This document shows positions 23,841 through 33,005 of a DNA stretch of 55,297 nucleotides, one piece after another. Made by a program: the position numbers and the translations under genes. Below the pieces are notes generated by a model that worked only from the letters and a program-made list of their open reading frames with translations, had not been told where the DNA came from and did not search any database. The number at the start of each line of letters is the position of its first letter. Within the stretch, counting starts at the first letter, position 1. Source of the DNA: Gammaproteobacteria bacterium (lineage in GTDB: Bacteria > Pseudomonadota > Gammaproteobacteria > Steroidobacterales > PWYM01); contig JAFIFN010000006.1 in NCBI GenBank assembly GCA_020832005.1, positions 1-55,297 of the forward strand, in the 5' to 3' direction.

Positions 23841-24698
23841 TTATTCGGGCTTGCGGAACTTCAGTGTCATGCGATCGGACTCGCCGATGGCATCGTAGGG
23901 CGCGCGGTCGAAATCGGGATCGGCCGGCAGGCCCGAGGCGTACGGTACCGTGGCGCGCGCCGGGGGCAGGGTCCAGACCCCGAACGGATGGTCCCTGGTG
24001 TCGCGCGGATTGGCATTGATCTCCGAGCGCGCGACGAGTTCCAGGCCGACCTTGCGTGCCTGCTCGATGACGAAGGCCTCACTGACGTAGCCTGAATCGA
24101 TGAACGTCTGGATGTCGGTCACCGAATCGGGTGCACGATGTTGCTCGATGGCGAAGATGCCACCGGGTTTGAGCGCTGCCGCCACTTCCGGCAGCACCTT
24201 GTCCAGCATGTCGAAGCGCAGCCAGCCGTGCACCGAGCGCGCGCTCAGGATGAAATCGAAGGTCTCGGCGGGCAGCGGGGCGGAGCCGGCGCCGAAGTTC
24301 AGCACATTGACGGTCCCATAGATGTCGGGTTGTGCGGCGTACCGCTGTTCGAAGCGCTCGCGACCGGCCCGTGCGCCATCGCTGAGATCGGGATTGTCCA
24401 GGTCGGCGCCGGTGGCGTAGTAGCGACCGCCCGTGCGCGCGGCGTAGGGTGCGAGAATCTCTGTCCACCAGCCGCCCCCAGGCTGCAGCTCGAGGATGGT
24501 CATGCCGGGGGCCAGACCCCAGAATTCCAGCGACGCTGCCGGATTGCGGTAGTTGTCGCGTGCGCGCTGGACCTGGGGCCGCCACTCGCCTGCCACGACC
24601 TCGTGGAGCACCTTATCGGCGCCGGCGGTATCGGCGGCGGTGGCGGGCAGACCGATCAACAGTGCCGCGGCGGTCGCGGCAGTCAGCAGGGTTTTCAT
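23841..24698 (-). CDS. Exported predicted class I SAM-dependent methyltransferase (COG4798-like)
   Basis: Signal peptide MKTLLTAATAAALLIG, RD.YRNP, ILELQPGGGWWTEILAP, LKPGG, SEINANPRD, VWTLPP, GESDRMTLKFRKP. Confidence 0.85.
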   Translation of the reverse strand: MKTLLTAATAAALLIGLPATAADTAGADKVLHEVVAGEWRPQVQRARDNYRNPAASLEFWGLAPGMTILELQPGGGWWTEILAPYAARTGGRYYATGADLDNPDLSDGARAGRERFEQRYAAQPDIYGTVNVLNFGAGSAPLPAETFDFILSARSVHGWLRFDMLDKVLPEVAAALKPGGIFAIEQHRAPDSVTDIQTFIDSGYVSEAFVIEQARKVGLELVARSEINANPRDTRDHPFGVWTLPPARATVPYASGLPADPDFDRAPYDAIGESDRMTLKFRKPE

Positions 24699-24828
24699 CG
24701 CGGGGCTCTCCAGGTTTCGCATCTGAGCCCATTTGAGCATTGCTGCGGTAGCGCGGCAAGCGGCACCGGCGCGCTGTTCGCCGTACACTTGGCTGCGGAT
24801 TGACTGCGGATGGGCTGCAGGCGGGCGC

Positions 24829-25572
24829 ATGTTCGAACTTGACCAGGTATCGATGTCATTCGGTGAGCTTGCCGCGATCGGTTCGCTGACGCTGCGCTGT
24901 GAGCCAGGCACGACCACGGCGCTGATCGGCCCTTCGGGCTGCGGAAAATCGACGCTGCTGCGCCTGATGATCGGCCTGCTTGCACCCACGCGCGGTCGGG
25001 TGCTGTTCGACGGGCAGCCGCTGTCGGCCGAGACGCTGGGTCAGCTGCGTCGGCGTACCGGCTACGTGATCCAGGACGGCGGCTTGTTTCCGCACATGAC
25101 CGCCGCCGAGAACGTCACGCTGATGGCACCCTACCTGGGATGGGCAGCCTCGCAGACGCAGGCGCGGCTGGCGCAGCTGTGTGAGCTGACGCGCTTCCCG
25201 GCAGACGCGCTGGCACGCTATCCGGGTGAACTCTCGGGCGGGCAGAAGCAGCGCGTGGCGCTGATGCGTGCGCTGCTCGCCGATCCCGAGGCGCTGCTGC
25301 TGGATGAACCGCTCGGTGCGCTGGACCCGATGATCCGCTTTGAGCTCCAGGAGGATCTTGCCCGTATCTTCGCAGACCTTGGCAAGACTGTGGTCCTGGT
25401 CACCCATGACCTGGCCGAGGCTGCGTTCCTGGCCCATCGCATCGTGCTGCTGCGTGATGGTGACCTGGTGCAGAGCGGGACGCTGGAGGAGATGCTCGCC
25501 GATCCCGCCAGCGAGTTCGTCGAGCGCTTCGTACGCGCCCAGCGCAGTCATGGCATCGGTGAGCACCAGTGA
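24829..25572 (+). CDS. Osmoprotectant (glycine betaine/choline) ABC transporter ATP-binding protein
   Basis: GPSGCGKST, GYVIQ.GGLFPHMT, LSGGQKQRV, LLLDEP.GALDP, VTHD. Confidence 0.9.
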   Translation: MFELDQVSMSFGELAAIGSLTLRCEPGTTTALIGPSGCGKSTLLRLMIGLLAPTRGRVLFDGQPLSAETLGQLRRRTGYVIQDGGLFPHMTAAENVTLMAPYLGWAASQTQARLAQLCELTRFPADALARYPGELSGGQKQRVALMRALLADPEALLLDEPLGALDPMIRFELQEDLARIFADLGKTVVLVTHDLAEAAFLAHRIVLLRDGDLVQSGTLEEMLADPASEFVERFVRAQRSHGIGEHQ

Positions 25573-27101
25573 ACCGGGCGCTGATGTCTGCGATGCTATC
25601 CGTGTCGCTGCTGGTCAGCGGTACGTTGGCGATACTGGCGTCTGCAGCTTGCACGCCACGCGATGACGAGCGCGTCGTCATCGCCAGCAAGAGCTTCACA
25701 GAAGGCGTGATCCTGGGCGAGCTGCTCACCCAGCTGGCTGTGGACGCAGGCCACCCGGCGCGCCACCGCGCAGGCCTGGGCGGCACACAGCTGGTGTTCA
25801 ATGCACTCGTCAACGGTGACATCGACGCCTACGTGGAGTACACCGGCACCTTGCGCTACCAGGTCTTCGCCGGTCGCCAGCCCGCCGGGACGGCTGAGCT
25901 CGAGGATCTGCTCGCGCCGATGGGTATCCGCGTGGCTGGCGCGCTGGGCTTTGGCAATCACTACGCACTGGGCATGCGCGAACAGCGTGCCGAGCCGCTG
26001 GGCATCGAGCGCATCTCGGATCTGCTGGCCCATCCGGCGCTGGTCGTGCGCTTCAGCAACGAGTTCATGGAACGTGACGACGGCTGGGGCGGCCTGCGCC
26101 TGCGCTATGGCCTGCCGCAGACCGATGTGCGCGGCGTGGAGCACGACATCGCCTACCGCGCGCTGGCCGCCGGACGTGCCGATATCACTGATGTCTACAC
26201 CACGGACGCCGAAGTGGCGTACTACGCTCTGCGCACACTTGAAGACGATCTCGGCTATTTCCCGCGCTACGACGCGGTACTGCTGTATCGCGCGGATCTC
26301 GAGCAGCGTGCACCGGCGGCGCTGGCCTCGATGCGCCGGCTGCTGGGCGCTATCGATGAATCGCAGATGATCGCGATGAACGCCGCGGTCAAGATCGAAG
26401 GTGCGGCCGAGCGTGAAGTGGCCGCGGCGTTCCTCTCCGACAGCCTTGGGGTCGCCACCGAACTGCGCAGTGACACCCGGGCGTCACGACTGCTGCGCCG
26501 CACGGCCGAGCACCTGCTGCTCGTGTCGGTGTCCCTGTCGGCGGCGATTGCCATGGCCATCCCGCTGGGCATCCTTGCCGCACGGCGACGCAGGCTGGGG
26601 CAGGTGGTGCTGGGCGTGGTGGGTATCGGCCAGACGATCCCTGCGCTGGCGCTGCTGGTGATTATGGTGCCGCTGTTCGGCATTGGCGCGGCACCCGCGC
26701 TGGTGGCGCTGTTCATCTACAGCCTGCTGCCGATCGTGCGCAATACCCACGCGGGACTCACCGGGATCGAGCGCTCGCTGATCGACTCGGCCCTGGCGCT
26801 GGGCCTGCCGCGCCGCGCGCGGCTGTGGCGCATCGAGCTGCCGCTGGCGCTGCCCTCGATCCTCGCCGGCATCAAGACCGCAGCCGTGATCAATGTGGGC
26901 GGAGCGACGCTGGGCGCGCTGGTGGGCGCGGGCGGCTACGGCCAGCCGATCCTGAGCGGCATCCGGCTCGACGACACGGCCCTGATCCTGGAAGGCGCCA
27001 TTCCCGCAGCGCTGATGGCGCTGCTGGCGCAGTGGCTGTTCGAGCGCGCGGAGTCGGCCGTGCTGCCGCGCGGCTTTCGTCGCGGTACGGGCATGGGATA
27101 G
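25569..27101 (+). CDS. Osmoprotectant ABC transporter, fused substrate-binding protein and permease
   Basis: N-terminal OpuAC-like SKSFTE..ILGE, LGGT, D.YVEYTGT, FPRYDAV; C-terminal permease QTIPALALL, LLPIVRNT, GAGGYG. Confidence 0.9.
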   Translation: MNRALMSAMLSVSLLVSGTLAILASAACTPRDDERVVIASKSFTEGVILGELLTQLAVDAGHPARHRAGLGGTQLVFNALVNGDIDAYVEYTGTLRYQVFAGRQPAGTAELEDLLAPMGIRVAGALGFGNHYALGMREQRAEPLGIERISDLLAHPALVVRFSNEFMERDDGWGGLRLRYGLPQTDVRGVEHDIAYRALAAGRADITDVYTTDAEVAYYALRTLEDDLGYFPRYDAVLLYRADLEQRAPAALASMRRLLGAIDESQMIAMNAAVKIEGAAEREVAAAFLSDSLGVATELRSDTRASRLLRRTAEHLLLVSVSLSAAIAMAIPLGILAARRRRLGQVVLGVVGIGQTIPALALLVIMVPLFGIGAAPALVALFIYSLLPIVRNTHAGLTGIERSLIDSALALGLPRRARLWRIELPLALPSILAGIKTAAVINVGGATLGALVGAGGYGQPILSGIRLDDTALILEGAIPAALMALLAQWLFERAESAVLPRGFRRGTGMG

Positions 27102-27137
27102 AGTCCTGACCTGGCCGCCGTGAAATCCTGAGTCTCA

Positions 27138-28232
27138 ATGCCCGTCGTCACAGATACCCTGCAACGCCTTGCCGCCGGTGCCATTCTGACGCTGGCGGTC
27201 GGCTACATCCTGTATGTCGGCCGGCCGATCCTGGTGCCGCTGGTGCTCGGCCTGTTCATCGCCTACGTGTTCTGGACGCTTGTCGCGTGGGTGCGTACCG
27301 CGCCGGTGGTCGGCCGCTTCATGCCCGGCTGGCTGGCGCATGTCGGCGCGCTGGCGCTGATCACCGCGGTCATCTGGGGCCTGGTGCTGCTGGTGACGCA
27401 GAACATCGCCATGGTCGAAAAACAGCTGCCCACCTATCGCGGCAATCTCGAGATCCTGCTGGAGCGTGCCGCGCAGTTGCTCAATCTCGAGCAGGTACCG
27501 ACCATCGAGCAGTTGTTGCGCGAGCAGGTGATCGACAGGCTCGATATGGGGCGACTGGTGGGTGGTGCGGTCGGCATCATGACGGCGCTGCTGGGCAATC
27601 TGGTGGTCGTGTTCATCTACACCATTTTCGTGCTGATGGAGCGATTCTCGATCGTGGCGAAACTCGAGCGACTGACCGACAGCGCCCAGGGTGGCCATCG
27701 CATGGCCGCGGCCCTTGGCGAGATTGGCGGTCGCATCGGACGCTACCTGGCGCTCAAGAGTTTCGTATCCGCCGTGGTTGCCCTGGGCAGCTGGGTGATC
27801 ATGCGCCTGATCGGCATCGATTTCGCCGAATTCTGGGCGGTGCTGATCTTCGTGTTCAACTTCATTCCCTACGTCGGCAGCTTCGTGGCGGTGCTGCTGC
27901 CGGTGATGCTGACGCTGGTGCAGTTCGGTTCACTGGGGCCCTTCCTGGTGGCGCTGGTGGGGCTCACGGGTGTGCAGGTGGTGGTGGGCAATGTCATCGA
28001 GCCGCGCCTGATGGGCCGTTCGCTGAACTTGAGCCCCATTGTTATCCTGCTGTCGCTGGCCATGTGGTCGGCCTTGTGGGGCGTGGTCGGGGCCTTCCTG
28101 TGCGTGCCGATCACCGTGGTCATGCTGATCGTGTTCTCGGAGTTCGAGGCCACAAGGCCGGTGGCCATTCTGCTCAGCCAGGATGGGCGCATCGACCCCG
28201 AGGACGCCGAGGCGAGCGCGGCAACGTCATGA
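27138..28232 (+). CDS. AI-2E family transporter
   Basis: Multiple TM helices; FNFIPYVGS, GNVIEPRLMGRSLNLSP, W..LWG.VGAFL.VP. Confidence 0.9.
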   Translation: MPVVTDTLQRLAAGAILTLAVGYILYVGRPILVPLVLGLFIAYVFWTLVAWVRTAPVVGRFMPGWLAHVGALALITAVIWGLVLLVTQNIAMVEKQLPTYRGNLEILLERAAQLLNLEQVPTIEQLLREQVIDRLDMGRLVGGAVGIMTALLGNLVVVFIYTIFVLMERFSIVAKLERLTDSAQGGHRMAAALGEIGGRIGRYLALKSFVSAVVALGSWVIMRLIGIDFAEFWAVLIFVFNFIPYVGSFVAVLLPVMLTLVQFGSLGPFLVALVGLTGVQVVVGNVIEPRLMGRSLNLSPIVILLSLAMWSALWGVVGAFLCVPITVVMLIVFSEFEATRPVAILLSQDGRIDPEDAEASAATS

Positions 28233-28301
28233 TGTCATCTTTTGGAAACATTGCCGTGATATCAAGACAGGTTGCCAGGTCTGCTGCCACTGTACGGGTT
28301 G

Positions 28302-29879
28302 ATGCGCCTATTCCTGCTGTTTCTGCTGTCACTTGCGCCGCCCGGATTGAGTCTTTCCGTCGCGGCGGATACCCTCGGGCAGACTGATCGCGCCCTGCCT
28401 GACAGCGCAGACTTCCCCCGCCAGCCGCTGCGCATCATCGTCTACACCAGCCCGGGGGGGCTGATCGACTTCACCGCGCGCCGATTCGCGGAAGTCGCGC
28501 GCAAGTATGTCCCCGAGCAGCCTTTCGTTGTCATCAACCGCCCCGGCGGCGGCGGTATCGTTGCATTCGAGGAAGTCCTGCAGCAGCCGGCCGATGGCTA
28601 CAACATGCTGGCGGTGACGCGATCGAATGTCTCGAAGCTGATCGCCACCGGTCGCGACGACCTGATCGAGCGCGTCGACTGGCACTCCTACATCATGGAG
28701 AACGCGCATGTCGTCATCACCAACGCCGAGCGCGGGCTGGGCAGCTGGCCCGAAGTCCTGGAGCACGCACGCCGCAGCGGTGATCGGCAGCTTTGGCTGG
28801 GCGCAGATATCGGCGGGGTGAAGCATGTCTCCGGCGTCAAGATGGCACGCCAGGCCGGCATGGAAATGCGCTGGATACCTTACAGCAGCGGCGGGCAGGC
28901 GATTGCCGCGCTGATGGGCAATCTCGGATCGGTGTATCTTGGCAATCCGCGCGATGCGATGATTTCCGATGACCTGCGAATCGTCGCCGTGGCCGCGCCG
29001 CAGCGGCTTGCCGCGTTTCCCGATGCACCGACCTTCACCGAGCTCGGCGTGCCCGGGCTGGAAAACGAGCACATCTGGCGCGGGTTTGCCTTCCGCAAGG
29101 GCGTGCCCGAGGATCGACGTGCGTGGTTCGCTGATCTGATCGAGAAGGTCTCGCAGGACCCCGACTGGATCGCCAGCTGGGAGAGCGAGGGTGTCTCGCT
29201 GGGGTACCGCGGGTCGTCCGAGTTCACCCGCATGGTCGAGCGCGACGCCGAGGAGTTTTCGTTCTACCTGCGCGAAATGGGTCTGCTACGCGAGCGCGGT
29301 TCGCGCGAGTCCCTGCTCGCCGGGATTGGCGAGGCGCCGGCGTTGCAGTTTCTCCAGGCGCTGCTGGTAGTCGTCAACATTATCCTGGCGATCGCGCTGC
29401 TGCGCTCGTCGTTTCGCGAGCGCTTCGGCGAATTGATGGTGCTCTCCGTGGTGTTGTCGCTGGCCATCGTGTTCTATGCGATGACTGAAGCCTTGCCGCC
29501 GCCCAGTCCCGTGGATACGGTGGGCGCGCGCGGCGTCCCGCGGCTGTGGCTCTACCTGTTGCTGCCTCTGGCGCTTTACCAGAGCTTTCTGATCCTGCGT
29601 GAGCGACGAAAGGGCAAGCCAAAGAAAAAGCCCCTGCTGCTGTTCAGCTTCCTGGGGTTCATGACCAGTTATGTGCTGCTGATTCCGATCCTGGGTTATC
29701 TGCTGGCTTCCCTGATCTATATGCCAGGTGTGCTGTGGCTACTGAAGTACCGCCACCCCTGGGTGATTGCGGCAGTGACGGGTTCGTGGGTGGCGTTTTC
29801 CTACATCGTGTTCCAGCGCATGCTCTATGTCGATCTGCCTGCCGGCGTACTGCTGCGCCAGGTGTCGATGCCATGGTGA
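28302..29879 (+). CDS. Tripartite tricarboxylate transporter TctC (Bug) substrate-binding protein fused to a TctB small membrane subunit
   Basis: Signal peptide; Bug-like FP.QPLRIIV..SPGG..D..AR, NRPGGGG, ADGY, PTF.ELG, WRG. C-terminal TctB-like VGARGVPRLW, LGYLLAS, F...L.VDLPAG. Confidence 0.85.
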   Translation: MRLFLLFLLSLAPPGLSLSVAADTLGQTDRALPDSADFPRQPLRIIVYTSPGGLIDFTARRFAEVARKYVPEQPFVVINRPGGGGIVAFEEVLQQPADGYNMLAVTRSNVSKLIATGRDDLIERVDWHSYIMENAHVVITNAERGLGSWPEVLEHARRSGDRQLWLGADIGGVKHVSGVKMARQAGMEMRWIPYSSGGQAIAALMGNLGSVYLGNPRDAMISDDLRIVAVAAPQRLAAFPDAPTFTELGVPGLENEHIWRGFAFRKGVPEDRRAWFADLIEKVSQDPDWIASWESEGVSLGYRGSSEFTRMVERDAEEFSFYLREMGLLRERGSRESLLAGIGEAPALQFLQALLVVVNIILAIALLRSSFRERFGELMVLSVVLSLAIVFYAMTEALPPPSPVDTVGARGVPRLWLYLLLPLALYQSFLILRERRKGKPKKKPLLLFSFLGFMTSYVLLIPILGYLLASLIYMPGVLWLLKYRHPWVIAAVTGSWVAFSYIVFQRMLYVDLPAGVLLRQVSMPW

Positions 29880-29903
29880 GCACGGTCGCAGCGAGTCGCC
29901 AGC

Positions 29904-31406
29904 ATGCTTGAACTGTTGCTTTCAGGGATCGGCGCGACATTGACCTGGGGTCCGCTGATCGCCATCGTCGGCGGCATCGTGCTGGGCATCATGGTCGGGG
30001 CGATGCCCGGGCTTTCGCCCTCGATGGGCGTGGCGCTGCTGGTGCCGTTTACCTACGGCATGTCGCCGGTGCTCGCGCTGATCCTGCTGGTGGCCATCTA
30101 TATCGGTGCCAGCTACGGCGGTTCGATCACCGCCATCACCATCAATGCCCCGGGCACCGCGTCTGCGGTGGTCACGGCCATCGACGGCTATGCAATGACC
30201 CGCCAGGGGCGCGCGGCCTCGGCATTGGGTATCTCCATTGTCGTGTCCTCGGTGGCCGGCATTTTCGGCACGCTGGTGCTGATCTTCTTCTCGGTGCCGC
30301 TGGCCGCCGTTGCCGTGGGATTCCATCCAGCCGAGTACTTCGCAATGGCCGTTTTCGGGCTGGCCACCATCGCCTCCCTGGCCGGTGCGAACTGGCTCAA
30401 GGCATTCATGGCGGCGATCCTCGGCCTGCTGATCAACACTGTGGGCACGGACCCGATCTCCGGCGCCGAGCGCTTCACTTTCGATGTCACACCACTGTCC
30501 GATGGCTTTCTGTTGATCCCGGCACTGATCGGTCTGTTCGCGCTCAGCGAGGTGTTCGCCGCGGTGGAGAAACGGCGCTTCAAGGTCGCGCGCCTGGACA
30601 GCGTCGGCGACAAATGGCCGACGCTGCGCGACTACTGGGCGCTGAAGTTCGTGACATTGCGTTCATCGATCATCGGCACGGTCATCGGGATTTTTCCCGG
30701 CGCGGGGGCGACTATCGCCTCGTTCATCAGCTATGACTTCTCGCGGCGACTCAGCAAATCGCCCGAAGCTTACGGGCAGGGCAGTGCCGAGGGCGTGGCG
30801 GCAGCCGAAGGGGCAAATTCAGGGTCTGTGGGCGGGGCCATGGTGCCGCTGCTCACGCTGGGTATTCCCGGCAGTGCCACCACCGCCGTGCTGATCGGCG
30901 CGATGATGATCCACAAGCTCACGCCCGGGCCGCAGCTGTTTCTGTCCAGCCCCGAACTCATCTACGGCATCTTCGCCGCCATGCTGGTGGCCAACATCGT
31001 CCTGCTGGTCGTGGGCCTGGCCGGCAGCCGCCTGTGGATCAAGGTCACGGTCGTCCCCAAGAAGGTGCTGTTCACGCTGATCACGATGATGGCGGTGGTC
31101 GGCTCGTTCGCGGTGCGCAACTCGATGTTCGATGTGCTGTGCTGTCTGGGTTTCGGCATCTTGGGCTGGGTCATGCGCCGCTATGACTATCCGCTGGCAC
31201 CGGTGATCCTGGGTATGGTGCTGGGCTCGATCGCCGAGACCAATTTCCGCCGGGCGATCATGATGGATGGCGCAGGCGTGTTCCTGAGCAGGCCGGTGAG
31301 TGCGACGATGCTGGCCCTGGCCATCCTGTCGTTCGCGCTGCCGCTGATCACGGCGCGCCGGGCGCGGCGGCGCAAGGCCAGGGAAGAGGCGATCCAGCAG
31401 GCCTGA
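29904..31406 (+). CDS. tctA: Tripartite tricarboxylate transporter large permease TctA
   Basis: GAMPGLS, YGGSITAI.IN.PGT, IGLFALSEV, PGAGATIASF, PLLTLGIPGS, APVILGMVLG. Confidence 0.93.
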   Translation: MLELLLSGIGATLTWGPLIAIVGGIVLGIMVGAMPGLSPSMGVALLVPFTYGMSPVLALILLVAIYIGASYGGSITAITINAPGTASAVVTAIDGYAMTRQGRAASALGISIVVSSVAGIFGTLVLIFFSVPLAAVAVGFHPAEYFAMAVFGLATIASLAGANWLKAFMAAILGLLINTVGTDPISGAERFTFDVTPLSDGFLLIPALIGLFALSEVFAAVEKRRFKVARLDSVGDKWPTLRDYWALKFVTLRSSIIGTVIGIFPGAGATIASFISYDFSRRLSKSPEAYGQGSAEGVAAAEGANSGSVGGAMVPLLTLGIPGSATTAVLIGAMMIHKLTPGPQLFLSSPELIYGIFAAMLVANIVLLVVGLAGSRLWIKVTVVPKKVLFTLITMMAVVGSFAVRNSMFDVLCCLGFGILGWVMRRYDYPLAPVILGMVLGSIAETNFRRAIMMDGAGVFLSRPVSATMLALAILSFALPLITARRARRRKAREEAIQQA

Positions 31407-31471
31407 TTTGGGTGTCATCCGATCCTGCGGTAGAGTGAATGGGTGCAATTTCCGTATCCAAGGAGGATGAC

Positions 31472-31648
31472 GTGGGCGAATGGATTCAGGACAATCTGCC
31501 GGCGCTGCTGCTGGTGGCGGTTGGCATCGCGGTCGCAGTGTTCCTGACGATCCGAACCATGAGCCGGCGGCGCAACCTCGACCGCGGCCTCGAGAAGGGC
31601 ACGGCTGCGGACCCGCAGAAGGTGAAGCGGCAGAATCCGCCGGATTGA
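31472..31648 (+). CDS. Small single-pass membrane protein (about 58 aa)
   Basis: AGGAGG 5 nt before a GTG, one hydrophobic helix (LPALLLVAVGIAVAVFLTI), then a basic tail. Confidence 0.6.
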   Translation: MGEWIQDNLPALLLVAVGIAVAVFLTIRTMSRRRNLDRGLEKGTAADPQKVKRQNPPD

Positions 31649-31694
31649 GAGCCGTCCCGATCCAGGGGTGCTGGCGGCCTCGGCGAGGGGCGAA

Positions 31695-32333
31695 TCAGGC
31701 TTCCGCGCCACGAGGTTCCTCGGCCAGCGCCGAGCGGACCATGGCACGCGCGGCCCACACGGTCGCTTTCCGCGCACTGTGCTCGCCCAGACCCAGCACA
31801 TCGGTGTAGACAATCATCGCCTCAGTGCCGAACAGTGGCGCCAGCGCCCGGCACAGGCGGCGAAAATTCTGCGCCGAGAGCTGGTCGCGGGCCGGGGCGA
31901 GCGCGGCCTCGATCAGTGCCGTGCGGCGATTCTGGCGGCGCGCGCCGTCCTCGCCGGGCGTGCCGAGATGGCTGGCGAGCATCAGCTTGAGTTGCGGCGC
32001 ATTTCGCCAGGTCATCTCGTGCAGGGCGAGCAGCGCGCGTTCGACGCGTGCTTCGACATCGGTGGACGCGTCGCCTGCAAACAGTTCGGCTGGATCCGGC
32101 GCCTCGCCCTGCAGGGGTGCTTCGAGCAGCAGTGCCTCCAGCGTCGGGAAGTAGCGGTAGGCTGTGGCCCGGGAGACCAGCGCCGTCTCGGCGACCTCAT
32201 CCATCGACGGCGTCCTGCCTTGCTTCAGGAGCTGTGCTGCCGCGACCAGCAGATCCTTGCGCGTGCGCAGGCGCTGATTGGCCCGGCGGCCCCCCTCCGG
32301 TGCGCGTGTCGATGGACGCATGGCGCCGGACAT
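31695..32333 (-). CDS. TetR/AcrR family transcriptional regulator
   Basis: N-terminal HTH: RTRKDLL.AA..LL, SMDEVAE.A.VSRATAYRYF. Confidence 0.9.
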   Translation of the reverse strand: MSGAMRPSTRAPEGGRRANQRLRTRKDLLVAAAQLLKQGRTPSMDEVAETALVSRATAYRYFPTLEALLLEAPLQGEAPDPAELFAGDASTDVEARVERALLALHEMTWRNAPQLKLMLASHLGTPGEDGARRQNRRTALIEAALAPARDQLSAQNFRRLCRALAPLFGTEAMIVYTDVLGLGEHSARKATVWAARAMVRSALAEEPRGAEA

Positions 32334-32335
32334 GC

Positions 32336-32758
32336 TCAGTCGCCCGCCAGCTGCTGCATGATCGCCGGGAAGTCCAGCCAGACGTTCTCCCGGCGGATGC
32401 GGCCATCGTCCTCGAACTCGATGACATGCAGGAGTCTGAACTCGAGCGGGCGGTTGCGGCCGTCAAAGCCGAAGGGCCGACCGGCCGCGCGACCCGTCCA
32501 CATCGATTCGTCGACGAGAAAGTTCTCGCCATGCATGCGGCGGAGCGTACGCATCTGGCCTTCGGCCAGGTCGGCGAACAGCTGCGTGTAGAAGGCCTTG
32601 GCACCGGCAGGGCCGATCGTCGGCCCGGTCGGCGTGCCGACGATATCGTGGACGACGTCGTCAGTCAGCGTGGCAAGCACGCCGTCGATGTCGTCGGCCG
32701 CCTCGCAGGCGAAATGCCGGTCCATCACCTCGTTCATCTGTGAAACCGAAACCGCCAT
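32336..32758 (-). CDS. SnoaL/NTF2-like (ester cyclase family) protein
   Basis: HF.CE...DIDGVLATL.DD, LLHVIEF..GRI.RENVWLD. GGAG Shine-Dalgarno; co-transcribed with the TetR gene. Confidence 0.8.
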   Translation of the reverse strand: MAVSVSQMNEVMDRHFACEAADDIDGVLATLTDDVVHDIVGTPTGPTIGPAGAKAFYTQLFADLAEGQMRTLRRMHGENFLVDESMWTGRAAGRPFGFDGRNRPLEFRLLHVIEFEDDGRIRRENVWLDFPAIMQQLAGD

Positions 32759-32788
32759 GTGTGTGCTCCAGACAGGTCAAGGAAGAAG

Positions 32789-32806
32789 ATGAGATTCTAG
32801 TCTCAT
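32789..32806. promoter_or_regulatory. Palindromic operator, probably for the adjacent TetR regulator
   Basis: ATGAGA-N6-TCTCAT about 30 nt upstream of the snoaL-tetR operon, flanked by an outer GACAGGT/ACCTGTC inverted repeat (32771-32821). Confidence 0.55.
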
Positions 32807-33005
32807 AATGGAATACCTGTCCAGAGAGCAATCGCCAGATTGTTTATTGTGCACCGCAGCACAAGACGTCGGGCGCACCTGTTCAAGTTCGCGTGCGCAA
32901 TCCCTGCTATTGAGTTGAGTCAGCACACGATCGCCGTCAGGGGCTGCGCAATGCGCGCAAGCCTGCCGGCTGCAGGATCCATCATCAGCAGCAGAGGATA
33001 CGGAT

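Noticed and set aside
23841-24698. Methyltransferase as NirE (uroporphyrinogen III methylase)
   Set aside because: It lacks the GAGPGD and RLKGGD tetrapyrrole-methylase motifs and has a signal peptide.
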